Source: an uncultured Verrucomicrobiae bacterium (lineage in GTDB: Bacteria; Verrucomicrobiota; Verrucomicrobiia; Chthoniobacterales; Chthoniobacteraceae). From it: 64,000 nt of DNA. A model generated the notes under the pieces. It made no database searches. It saw nothing but the letters and a program-made list of their open reading frames with translations, and had not been told where the DNA came from. The DNA lies in the NCBI GenBank assembly GCA_963836755.1, contig CAWIKF010000002.1, positions 1,504,001-1,568,000 of the forward strand. Reading direction: 5' to 3'. Positions 55,402-64,000 of the stretch are shown here, piece by piece. Made by a program: the position numbers and the translations under genes. Each line of letters opens with the position of its first letter. The stretch's first letter is position 1.

Positions 55402-56091
55402 ATGCCAGATCCAACACCCACACCCGCCCCGAAATCGAAACCCGCCGCCCGCTCCATCGCCAACCGCGCCTTTCTAAACGAAATCGCCGACGCCCGCACC
55501 GTCGCCACCGCCGCGCTCGACCCTGCCAATACCGCCGCCCTCGCCGAGGCCGAGCTCGACCCGGCCATTCCCGGCCAGATCAACGCCCTCGCCACCAGCA
55601 TCGAGACCGCGATCAACGAAATCACCGGCGCGCGCGGAAACACCAGCATGACCGTCGCCCAGCAAGCCACCGCGCGCGAAGCCATCCTCACCGCGCTCTC
55701 GCCGATCCAGACCGCGGCGAAGCGGAAATTCACCGGCGACCAGGAAAGCCAGCGCACCGCCTACGGCATCGCCGAGCCGCTCGCCAGCATGGAGTTCGAC
55801 CTCTTCCTCACCCTCGCCACCGGCGCGCTCGAGCGCCTCACGCCGGACACCAGCACCACCCCGCCCACGCCGCCGGTGGATGTCCTCCCCGGCATCAACG
55901 CCGTCAAAATCACCGCCCTCAGCGACGCGATCGACCTCTGCGGCGGCAAGAAACAGGAGCGGACGAAAAACCAGGAAATCGCCGAGCAAAAACTCGAGAA
56001 AGTCAAAACCGACATCGCGCACCTGGCCGCCTTGCGCCGCGAAGTCAGCTCGCACGCCGAACAAGCCACCCCTGGCGCACCCCCGGCGTAG
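55402..56091 (+). CDS. Alpha-helical hypothetical protein; C-terminus probably frameshifted
   Basis: Strong C-ending codon bias; an alternate frame continues PWRTPGVAITRKSFLLPEDRPLPD. Confidence 0.7.
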   Translation: MPDPTPTPAPKSKPAARSIANRAFLNEIADARTVATAALDPANTAALAEAELDPAIPGQINALATSIETAINEITGARGNTSMTVAQQATAREAILTALSPIQTAAKRKFTGDQESQRTAYGIAEPLASMEFDLFLTLATGALERLTPDTSTTPPTPPVDVLPGINAVKITALSDAIDLCGGKKQERTKNQEIAEQKLEKVKTDIAHLAALRREVSSHAEQATPGAPPA

Positions 56092-56299
56092 CCATCACCC
56101 GCAAAAGCTTCCTCCTCCCCGAAGACAGGCCGCTCCCGGACTGCTCACAAGTCCGGATCGTGTTTCGGAGACGCATTGAGACGACCTCTTACCTGTCTTT
56201 GATGATCTAAGCGTGACATCCTCGCATTTGCTGAAAGCTTCTTCTAGTTCTGGGCAGTCCTCGATTCTACGAGCGCCTGTTCCCTCCTGAGGACGTCGC

Positions 56300-56717
56300 G
56301 ATGAGTTTCGGCCAGCGTATACAGCCGTTGACTTCTCCCGCTTCCACTGCGTTCGGTTCTGCCGATGCTTCGTTCAGACTTCGGATTGTGAGTGCCGGCG
56401 AAGACTTTCCTCGCCTTTACCAAGCGACTGGCTTTGTGGCTCAACCCAATTAACTATTTCGATCATCGCCTGCTACAGTCCCACATTCATTTGCTCGATA
56501 CCGTGGCACTCGTCAGCGACCTGCCTGAATTAAATCTACATTGCCGGTGAGGTTGGCGCTGTTGATCGAGGTTCTTTCCGACGACGCTTTCGACGGTCGA
56601 GTTTGTGGATCGAATCCGGCCACACATACGGTATTGCATAACGCTCCGGGCTAATCAGCATCATCGCGCTGCACATCAAGGGACACACGCTCAGAACGAT
56701 CGCTCAAAGTCGCCTAA
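56300..56717 (+). pseudogene. Decayed DUF6883-like + DUF4926-like gene pair
   Basis: Across frames: FGQR..VDF..IVSAGEDFPR, then HLLDTVALVSDLPELNL..GEVGAV.EVLSDDAF.VEFVD.SGHTYG; many indels. Confidence 0.55.
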
Positions 56718-56772
56718 TCATTGCGACGCAACTGACTGGCTCCGTTCGTAGCTGAGCTTGTTCTCGTTAGGC
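56712..56772 (+). mobile_element. Integron attC site
   Basis: GCCTAAT...GTAGCTGAGCTTGTTCTCGTTAGGC; right half nearly identical to attC at 20911. Confidence 0.75.
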
Positions 56773-56794
56773 GTCATTCGTGTATTCTGAAACT

Positions 56795-57172
56795 ATGAAA
56801 TGCTTTTACCATCAAGACCGTGATGCCATTGGCACCTGCAAATCGTGCCAGAAGGGACTTTGCCCGGAATGCGCCGTGGATTTGTCGCAGGGGCTTGCTT
56901 GCAAGTCGCGGTGCGAGGAAGACGTGCAGACGCTCATTCGCCTGATCCAGAACAATATCAAGTTATCGCCCACGAGTTCCCGCATCATCAGGGCCAGCCG
57001 GAGAGGTGGCATGATAACAGCGGGTTTTTACATGGTGCTTGGAGCCATGTTCATCGGATGGGGGCTGCACGATAGGATGTCGTTTATCGTAGCCATGGGA
57101 GCATGTTTCATCGTGTTCGGAGGCATTGCTTTGATCCGTGTGTTACGCATCACGTCACCTTCTGAAAGTTAA
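56795..57172 (+). CDS. B-box-like zinc-finger membrane protein (gene cassette)
   Basis: MKCFYH..AIGTCKSCQKGLCPEC..C + two C-terminal TMs; begins 22 bp after attC. Confidence 0.8.
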   Translation: MKCFYHQDRDAIGTCKSCQKGLCPECAVDLSQGLACKSRCEEDVQTLIRLIQNNIKLSPTSSRIIRASRRGGMITAGFYMVLGAMFIGWGLHDRMSFIVAMGACFIVFGGIALIRVLRITSPSES

Positions 57173-57599
57173 GGTTCTGCGGAGCCTTGGATTTGCGAGT
57201 TTGCCGTTGCTCGCTTTTTCCGGCTGCGCATCATTGCCCTACACGGCTCCCGGTATTCAGTCTCAGGAGGCTGCGGTTCTCACAAAGTCGTATTACTGGA
57301 GGCGCGGAGTCGATCCCGAGCGCTTCTCAGACGAGCAGATTCTAGCTTTGTTTGCGGAAGCGCCGAAAGCGGGATTCTATGATGGCGAGAACGCAGAGTT
57401 ATATGACTCTCACCTGATCTGGGCCCTCGCCGCTGCGGGAGATAGTCACTTTGCGGAGTTACTTTCGCATCAGCCGCGCGCCATTCAGCTTCGGGTTCTC
57501 CAGCACATGCAGACGCTGTGGATCGATGATAAGCTGCACTACCCACTTACCGAAGCTCTAGTCAATGAACAATCCCGCACGCCATACCATGAAAAATAA
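57138..57599 (+). CDS. Hypothetical lipoprotein (start uncertain)
   Basis: LLAFSGC lipobox-like sequence. Confidence 0.55.
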   Translation: MCYASRHLLKVKVLRSLGFASLPLLAFSGCASLPYTAPGIQSQEAAVLTKSYYWRRGVDPERFSDEQILALFAEAPKAGFYDGENAELYDSHLIWALAAAGDSHFAELLSHQPRAIQLRVLQHMQTLWIDDKLHYPLTEALVNEQSRTPYHEK

Positions 57600-57795
57600 G
57601 AACACGTTATTGACAACCGGTTTGATCGGACTTGCGATCAGCCTTGTTGTAAACCTACTCGGCATCTTCGCATTCCATAGAGCTTCAGCGATTTTCTTTT
57701 CTGAGCCGTGGTGGACGACCTGGTTCCCAGCATGGGTTGTCTGGATCATCTTTACCATTTTAGGACTGGGAACTCGTTCCAAGCCTGCTGGCTGA
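57589..57795 (+). CDS. Small two-TM membrane protein
   Basis: MKNKNTLL..., FFSEPWWTTWFP. Confidence 0.6.
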   Translation: MKNKNTLLTTGLIGLAISLVVNLLGIFAFHRASAIFFSEPWWTTWFPAWVVWIIFTILGLGTRSKPAG

Positions 57796-57810
57796 AACAA
57801 GCGGTATCCC

Positions 57811-58239
57811 ATGAAACAGTTTTTTCTCATTGCGAGTCTCCTTTTTCATTTGCTGGCTAATACTGTTACAGCAGGGGAATCCGAGGTTCCGACTTTGTCG
57901 CCGACTCAGCGTGCAGCGATGGTCAAGGAAGCCAATCAAGCAATCAACCGGTATCTGCACTCAGACCCGGCGAAACGCGATGGCGACAACATCTCAAGAG
58001 CAATTTTGGGGAGCTACCATGCTCGCTCTTAAACCGTTGAAGGTGTTGTTCGACCGCGTCAACCTCAAGATGGTCTTCGTTGATACCAAGGACAGGAGGC
58101 CGGGTTATATGTCAGCATTCCCATTTCATCTTTCGCGCCTTCCGCTGGAGAGTTTGCCGAATTTGTGAAGTTAACGGAGCCTGAGGATAAGAGCTTCGGA
58201 GTGCTTTATCGGTATCGTATCCTCAAGAAGGCGCACTAG
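57811..58239 (+). pseudogene. Secreted hypothetical protein, apparently frameshifted
   Basis: Signal peptide ORF 57811-58032; plausible continuation in other frames to TAG at 58239. Confidence 0.4.
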
Positions 58240-58263
58240 AACATCGAACTAGGACAAGCTTCC

Positions 58264-58515
58264 ATGACATCCAAGCGCGCTATTTTGCTTCTGCTCATTC
58301 CGATCAGCGCCTTTGCGCAAACGCCAGATTACGATGCTGCGATTCGCGATGCGACGGAGCGTTATCGCGGCGACGTCCCGACGAAGCGGGATCTTTCTTC
58401 TAAGCCGCTTGTTGTTCCGACAGTCGAATTCGATAGCACCAATACTGAAGTTTTTGGCGCAAGGCAGTTTTCTTTGGAAAACACGGTTCCAGATCATCCA
58501 ATTCCCAGCCGATGA
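58264..58515 (+). CDS. Small secreted hypothetical protein
   Basis: Signal peptide MTSKRAILLLLIPISAFA. Confidence 0.45.
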   Translation: MTSKRAILLLLIPISAFAQTPDYDAAIRDATERYRGDVPTKRDLSSKPLVVPTVEFDSTNTEVFGARQFSLENTVPDHPIPSR

Positions 58516-58531
58516 GCTTTCTCGCTGCATT

Positions 58532-58598
58532 GCCTGACCATGCGATGCAGCTAATCGGTTCTTCGTAACAAAGTTGGCTGAGTTTCTTCTCGTGAGGA
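58532..58598 (+). mobile_element. Degenerate attC site
   Basis: GCCTGACCATGCGATGCAGCTAATCGG...GCTGAGTTTCTTCTCGTGAGGA; aligns to both ends of the other attCs, core boxes mutated. Confidence 0.55.
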
Positions 58599-58657
58599 AA
58601 CTTTTCGCGCGCTTGCCAATGCGAGGTTTTGCAAAGCATCCTTCGCCAATGACTGCG

Positions 58658-59263
<606 letters not shown>

Positions 59264-59290
59264 CCCAACTTTGACGCTGAGGATTGGGCG

Positions 59291-60089
59291 ATGACGGGAC
59301 ATCTTTCGCTCGATTTGCGCGGCGGATGAAAACGGAAAGAGCTTCCTGCGCGAGCAATCGTTCAACGCGCCGATGCATATCAGCAAGCCGTTTATCGAAA
59401 GCGGGACGCTGGTGGTCAATGCGGTGAACCCGACGGCCGGATTCTTCGCCGGCGATGAGGTGACGTGGAATGTGCGGGTGGAAAGGGGCGGCCGGCTTTT
59501 GCTCACGAGCCCCAGCGCGCAACGCGTGCACAGGATGGAGAGTGGAATTGCAAGGCTGCGGCAGGATTTTCGCGTATCGGCGGGTGGATTTCTCGAGGTG
59601 CTGCCTGAGATTTTCATCCCGCAAGGCGGCGCGAGCTATGCGCAGAAGACAATGATCGAGGTAGAGGAGGGGGCAGAGATGATTTTTTTTGAAATGTTCG
59701 CCCCGGGACGTGTGGCGATGGGGGAACGGTTCGCGTTTACGAGGCTGGAGTTCGCGACGGACGTGATCTGGAACCAAATGCCGGCTCTGCGCGAGCGGTA
59801 TCTGCTTTCGCCGCATGATGGGAGCCTCGATGCGCTCCAAACGCGCGGCTATTACGCGAGCTGCTTCGCCTTTGGGAAAAACTTTGACGCCAACGCGGAT
59901 TGCTGGCGCGAGATTTCGGAGTTGCACAGCGAGGAAGCATTCGTGGGATGCAGCGCGGCGGCTGCGGGCGGCTGCGTCGTGAAGATTTTGGCGAAGGACA
60001 GCATCGCGCTGCGAAGGACGGTGATTGCGATTCGCGGCGCGCTGCACGCGGAGCTCGGGCGCGAACCTGCGGCGTTGCGGCGGATGTAG
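59291..60089 (+). CDS. ureD: Urease accessory protein D, +1 frameshift near 59312
   Basis: MTGHLSL / ICAADENGKSFLREQSFNAPMHISKP, NPTAGFFAGD, LTSPSAQRV, PGRVAMGE. Confidence 0.88.
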
Positions 60090-60137
60090 CAAAGCTTTTC
60101 CCTTTCGCACGCGGCGACCACCGTTCATCTTCCCAGC

Positions 60138-60938
60138 ATGCAAGGGCCATTCATGAACCAGCGGACTTTTACCCAGCGGGTGAGGCAAATGCTCGCGCCG
60201 GTGTTCGTAGCGATCATGGCAGGCTTCAAATGGATCCTGCCGGCGCTGAAGTTCGGTCTGCCGTTCCTAAAGACGTTCGGAACGATGGCGATTTCGATCT
60301 TTTTCTACGCCCGCATATGGGGCTGGCAGTTCGGCGTGGGTTTTGTGCTGCTGATTTTTGTCCACGAGTGCGGGCATTTGATCGCGGCGCGCGTGATGGG
60401 ATTAAAAGTGGGCTGGCCGGTGTTCATTCCGTTCATGGGCGCGTTGATCGCGCTCAAGGAAGCGCCGCGAAATGCGTGGATCGAGGCCGTAGTGGGCGCC
60501 GGCGGACCGCTGCTGGGCGGCATTGGCGCGCTGGCGGTCGGCGGATTGTATTTTATGACCGGGAATCAACTTTTCCTGGTGCTCGGCTACACGGGATTGT
60601 TCCTGAATGTGTTTAATTTGGTGCCAATCGTGCCGCTGGATGGCGGCCGCATTGTCTCGGCGATCTCCCCGTGGCTCTGGCTGATCGGGCTGGTGATCAT
60701 CGTGCCGTTCCTGCTGTGGCAAATGAGCGGCAGCGGGATTTTGATTTTGATCATCGTGGCCATGAGCCTGCCGCGCGTAATCCGACTTTTTCGCGGAAAA
60801 ACGCCGGAGACTGCCCGCTATTATGAATGCACCGCCCGCCAGCGCTGGACGATGGCGCTTTTATACTTTGGCCTGCTCGCGGGACTCGGCGGATCGATGG
60901 GTTTTCTTCACAAAATACTTGTTACATTCATGGAATGA
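60138..60938 (+). CDS. Site-2 protease (M50)
   Basis: HECGH and NLVPIVPLDGG motifs. Confidence 0.93.
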   Translation: MQGPFMNQRTFTQRVRQMLAPVFVAIMAGFKWILPALKFGLPFLKTFGTMAISIFFYARIWGWQFGVGFVLLIFVHECGHLIAARVMGLKVGWPVFIPFMGALIALKEAPRNAWIEAVVGAGGPLLGGIGALAVGGLYFMTGNQLFLVLGYTGLFLNVFNLVPIVPLDGGRIVSAISPWLWLIGLVIIVPFLLWQMSGSGILILIIVAMSLPRVIRLFRGKTPETARYYECTARQRWTMALLYFGLLAGLGGSMGFLHKILVTFME

Positions 60939-61019
60939 GACGCTGGCGTGGCATGTGCCCTGCTTTGAAAGGAATCCGTAACCGCAACCAAACACGAACT
61001 AAAAACCGAATCAAAAACT

Positions 61020-61397
61020 ATGAACTTCCTCGTCGTTGATGACAACCGCCTCCTGAACCGCTTCCTCGTCACCTATTTGCGCAGCAAAGGCCACGCCTGC
61101 TCGTCGCTGACCGATGGCTCGAAAGCCGAATCCTGGCTCGACCTTAACAAATGCGACGCGGTCATCCTCGACATTGGCATGCCGAAAATCGACGGACTGA
61201 CTTTGATCTCAATCATTCGCGCGCATTACCACGATTTGCCGATCATCATTTTCACCGGCCTCGGCTACGACGAGGAGATGATGCAGGCCGCGCGCTACGC
61301 TGGCGCAAATGGCTACGTGAGCAAAGGCCTCGGGCCGAGCGAAATTTATTCCGCGCTGATGCGGGTGCTAAACACACCGGCGCCCACAGCGAATTAA
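61020..61397 (+). CDS. Stand-alone response regulator receiver
   Basis: VVDD, LDIGMPKIDG, FTG, YVSK; no output domain. Confidence 0.9.
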   Translation: MNFLVVDDNRLLNRFLVTYLRSKGHACSSLTDGSKAESWLDLNKCDAVILDIGMPKIDGLTLISIIRAHYHDLPIIIFTGLGYDEEMMQAARYAGANGYVSKGLGPSEIYSALMRVLNTPAPTAN

Positions 61398-62137
61398 CGG
61401 CTCTTTTTTTGTAGGTTGGGGGTTAATGCGATCGCGGAAGCTTCCACTTCCGCGATTTGCATTTTCAGCGACTGCGCGGGCCACTGTCCGCTCGCGTTCG
61501 CGGCGTCCAGAAAGCCGTAGTTCAACACCGAGCCGCAGGTCGCGGCGAGCAGTCGCGACATTTTTCCGAAAGGTCCCATCCCCATGACGCTCAACGGAAG
61601 AGGCGACTTCCCGATGAGAAACTCGAGCAGCGTTGCGAGATCCTTCGGCGTGTTCGCGCCGGCGGCGACTTTGAAAACATCCGCGCGAAGATGCGCCGCG
61701 CGTGCCGCTAGTTCGCGCATCTTTTTCACCGACGGCATGGCGTCAAAGTCGTGGTGCGATAAAATCAGCTGCGTGTGCGTCTCGCGCGCAAGAGTCAGCA
61801 CGTCAGCCAACTCGCGCGTGGAAGATAATTCCACGTCGATTGCCGCGGCGAGCGGCAGAAAGCGCTCGAAAAGTTTGCGGCGTTCACCCGCCGAAAGCTT
61901 CACGGCACCGCCTTCCTTTGCGCTGCGGACCGTCAGAATAAAAGGAATCTTCAGCTTTGCCGCAGCGTCCCGCAGTTCATCGACCGAGGATGAAAAAGCA
62001 TCAACGCGGAGCTCGAGCAAATCGATTTCGCGCGGCTTCAGGTGGAGTGCGGCCGCGAGACTTTGCCGCGAGTGGACAGTGCCTACGACGCGCCGGCCGA
62101 CGGAGAGAGCGACGCGATTTTTTTTAGTTTTTATCAT
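61394..62137 (-). CDS. aroD: Type I 3-dehydroquinate dehydratase
   Basis: ELRVD, TVRSAKEGG, IDVEL, SHHDF, MGMG..SR, GQ. Confidence 0.9.
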   Translation of the reverse strand: MIKTKKNRVALSVGRRVVGTVHSRQSLAAALHLKPREIDLLELRVDAFSSSVDELRDAAAKLKIPFILTVRSAKEGGAVKLSAGERRKLFERFLPLAAAIDVELSSTRELADVLTLARETHTQLILSHHDFDAMPSVKKMRELAARAAHLRADVFKVAAGANTPKDLATLLEFLIGKSPLPLSVMGMGPFGKMSRLLAATCGSVLNYGFLDAANASGQWPAQSLKMQIAEVEASAIALTPNLQKKSR

Positions 62138-62179
62138 GTCAGCAAGTCGTTCGGTGCGCTAGGTTGCCGCGCCCTCAGC

Positions 62180-63568
62180 ATGCTCGGTCGCAAACAAGAA
62201 CTCAATTTGCAATTCCACCAGATCGTGGACGGCGCGATCTTGGTGCTGGCGTTTTGGGCGGCGCATGTCGTGCGCTCTCTCGGCATCGAATGGTTCGGCT
62301 GGGAGCACATTGCGTCGTTCAACGAGTTCCGCTGGGTGCTTTTCCTCCTGATGCCGTTCGGCCCGATCATTTTGGAGATGCAGGATTTCTACACGCACGT
62401 CTTGCAGAAACAATTGTGGAAATCGCTCGCGCAGCTCGCGCGCGCCGCGATCGTGCTCGGGGCGTTGCTTTCGGTCTGCTGGTTTTTCTTCCGTCTTGAT
62501 GTGCCGAGTCGCGCCGTGATGGCGCTTTTCGTGATCATCTCCGCGATTCTGCTGCTGGTGCGCGAGCAGGTGACGATTTTATATTTGCGGAGAAAAGCGG
62601 CGAGCGGCCGCTTTCGCGAAAATGTTCTGCTCGCGGGATTGCACGGCGACACGGCGGAGCTCGAGAAAACTTTTTCGCACGAGCAACTGATGGAGATGAA
62701 CATCATCGACCACATCGACATCGAGGCGCAGCCGATCTCTGCGCTAGTCGAAGCGCTGCACGAGCACTCGATCAGCCGCGTGATTTTCGCCGGCGGTCAC
62801 GGCCAGCTGAATCGATTGCAGGAAGCGATCGCGGCGTGCGAGATCGAAGGAGTCGAGGCGTGGCTCGTCGCCGACTTCATCAAAACCGCAATCGCGCGGC
62901 CGGACTTTGACGTGTTTGGAAATCGCGCGATGCTCGTATTTCGAACGACGCCCGAGATTTCGTGGGCGCTGCTCATCAAAGGCGCCATCGACCGCGTCGG
63001 GGCATTCCTTCTGCTCATTCCCGTGTCGATCATCATGATCATCACCGCGCTCGCGATCAGGTTCACGTCGCCCGGGCCGATCATTTTTCGACAGACGCGG
63101 GCCGGTCGGCACGGGAAGCCATTCACGATGTATAAATTCCGCACGATGGTCACCGACGCCGAGATGCGGCGTGATGAATTGCTCGCGTTCAACCAGATGA
63201 GCGGACCGGTTTTCAAAGTCGAACGCGATCCCCGCGTGACGCCCGTTGGCAAGTTGCTGCGCAAGCTGAGCATCGACGAGACGCCGCAGCTCCTCAACGT
63301 TTTGCAAGGTCACATGAGTCTCGTCGGGCCGCGCCCGCTGCCGATTTACGAAGTGGAGAAATTTGAAAACGCGGCGCAGCGGCGACGACTGAGTGTTAAA
63401 CCGGGGTTAACGTGTCTTTGGCAGGTGAAAGGGCGCAACAAAGTCAGCGATTTCCGCGAATGGGTGAAACTCGACCTGGAATATATCGACAACTGGTCGA
63501 TCTGGCTCGACCTCGAAATTTTGCTGAAGACTGTGCCCGTCGTGCTGTTCGGCTGGGGCGCAAAATAG
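62180..63568 (+). CDS. Undecaprenyl-phosphate sugar phosphotransferase (WcaJ/EpsL-like)
   Basis: YKFRTM, DPRVT, SIDETPQ, MSLVGPRP, KPGLTCLWQV, DLEYIDNWS. Confidence 0.93.
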   Translation: MLGRKQELNLQFHQIVDGAILVLAFWAAHVVRSLGIEWFGWEHIASFNEFRWVLFLLMPFGPIILEMQDFYTHVLQKQLWKSLAQLARAAIVLGALLSVCWFFFRLDVPSRAVMALFVIISAILLLVREQVTILYLRRKAASGRFRENVLLAGLHGDTAELEKTFSHEQLMEMNIIDHIDIEAQPISALVEALHEHSISRVIFAGGHGQLNRLQEAIAACEIEGVEAWLVADFIKTAIARPDFDVFGNRAMLVFRTTPEISWALLIKGAIDRVGAFLLLIPVSIIMIITALAIRFTSPGPIIFRQTRAGRHGKPFTMYKFRTMVTDAEMRRDELLAFNQMSGPVFKVERDPRVTPVGKLLRKLSIDETPQLLNVLQGHMSLVGPRPLPIYEVEKFENAAQRRRLSVKPGLTCLWQVKGRNKVSDFREWVKLDLEYIDNWSIWLDLEILLKTVPVVLFGWGAK

Positions 63569-63642
63569 CTTCAGAGTCTGCCATTTCGACGTCGCGAGAA
63601 GTTCTCGCCAAAACGAATTCGAGCCACTAGAAGACTCGCCGC

Positions 63643-64000
63643 ATGTCTTCCAAACGCACAGCAGTTGTCACCGGCGGCGCAGGCTTTCTCGGCTCGCATT
63701 TAACCGATCGACTTTTGGCCGAGGGGTTTCGCGTCATCGGCATCGACAATTTCATCACGGGAAATCCGCAGAACGTCGCGCACCTCGCCAGCAACGAGGA
63801 CTATCGCTTTATTAAACAAAATGTAACGGAATACATTTTGATCGATGAGGAAGTGGACAACGTTTTTCACTTCGCGTCGCCGGCGAGCCCGATCGATTAT
63901 CTCGAGCATCCGATTCCGACTTTGAAAGTCGGCGCGCACGGCACGCACAATTCACTCGGCCTCGCGAAGGCGAAGAAAGCAACTTTTTTACTCGCATCCA
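63643..64000 (+). CDS. UDP-glucuronate decarboxylase-like NAD-dependent epimerase, runs off right edge
   Basis: [38 protein letters not shown]. Confidence 0.9.
   Translation, partial: MSSKRTAVVTGGAGFLGSHLTDRLLAEGFRVIGIDNFITGNPQNVAHLASNEDYRFIKQNVTEYILIDEEVDNVFHFASPASPIDYLEHPIPTLKVGAHGTHNSLGLAKAKKATFLLAS

Overview
A 64 kb GC-rich bacterial chromosomal segment. Gene content suggests a soil Verrucomicrobium (Chthoniobacterales/Spartobacteria-like); this is inference. The left part (1-24.6 kb) ends at the 3' end of the tmRNA gene and clusters glycogen-to-lactate genes (glgP, ldhA, glgX, fbaA, eno, gap, pyk), ion transporters and envelope-lipid/peptidoglycan enzymes. Nine intergenic copies of an 18-bp pseudo-palindrome (ATnGGACnWWnGTCCnAT, resembling the mycobacterial DosR box) lie there, and I saw none to the right of ssrA; this is a candidate undescribed hypoxia/dormancy regulon. 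The right part is mostly housekeeping: sulfonate/nitrate-type ABC transporter, alr, amidase, hscAB/iscA, dusB, lptF/G, tRNA-Phe, a PAS hybrid kinase, GH8, GH2, urease, aroD and EPS genes. Non-coding structure includes two sister arrays of 21-bp hairpin repeats (beside tmRNA and tRNA-Phe), a third 21-bp-period array, three related integron attC-like sites with no integrase (two inside an insertion separating ureABCEF from ureGD), and a duplicated ldhA 3' end flanking decayed cargo. Several single-base frameshifts may be assembly errors. All calls are by eye and from recalled family motifs; no searches were run.
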